From the human T2T-CHM13v2.0 reference genome, Homo sapiens: a stretch of 64,000 nt of DNA. The stretch lies in the NCBI RefSeq assembly GCF_009914755.1, contig NC_060927.1; one strand, given 5' to 3'. A model generated the notes under the pieces. That model did not search any database. It had not been told where the DNA came from and was given only the letters and a program-made list of their open reading frames with translations. The translations under genes and the position numbers were made by a program. Of the stretch, positions 63,880 to 64,000 are shown in pieces. How positions within the stretch are numbered: the stretch's first letter is position 1; the number at the start of each line of letters is the position of its first letter.

Positions 63880-64000
63880 GAAACAAAGGATAGTACCAAA
63901 TGACTACAGCTCCAAATAGAATTATGTAAACAATAACAAGGCCTTAGGACAATGTTAGTCATTGTTTTTATAAATATTCTAAAAATAGCAGTATGTAATA

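Overview
Primate genomic DNA (human or another ape-like catarrhine, judged from AluY/S/J and L1PA3-4/L1PA8 content). The window is AT-rich, repeat-dense and probably intronic or intergenic, and I could not recognise any host protein-coding exon with confidence. It holds two full-length, dead LINE-1s with target-site duplications (TSDs): an L1PA8-like copy on + (31845-38269) and an L1PA3/4-like copy on - (57701-63852). The second retains the ZNF93-binding 5'UTR segment, an ORF1 with a single nonsense codon, and an open, extended ORF0. There are also about 15 Alus, old L1M/L2/MIR/CR1 fragments, MaLR and ERV1 LTRs, hAT and TcMar DNA transposon remnants, and a degenerate 7SK retrocopy. The most unusual structure is a young composite templated insertion at 40205-40468. 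It consists of a 20-bp inverted copy of 41061-41080, a 9-nt scrambled linker and a 235-bp, 99%-identical inverted copy of 38849-39083. It creates an inverted-repeat pair around a 1.15-kb segment that carries a palindromic RFX X-box plus CCAAT and a perfect 15-bp hairpin. Also notable are a TSD-flanked 670-bp mini-L1PB (5'UTR fused to 3' end), a micro DUP-INV-DUP, and an LTR-derived 35/36-bp minisatellite. Repeat subfamily names come from recalled consensus sequences, and boundaries of old elements are approximate. I found no convincing evidence for a novel protein-coding system.
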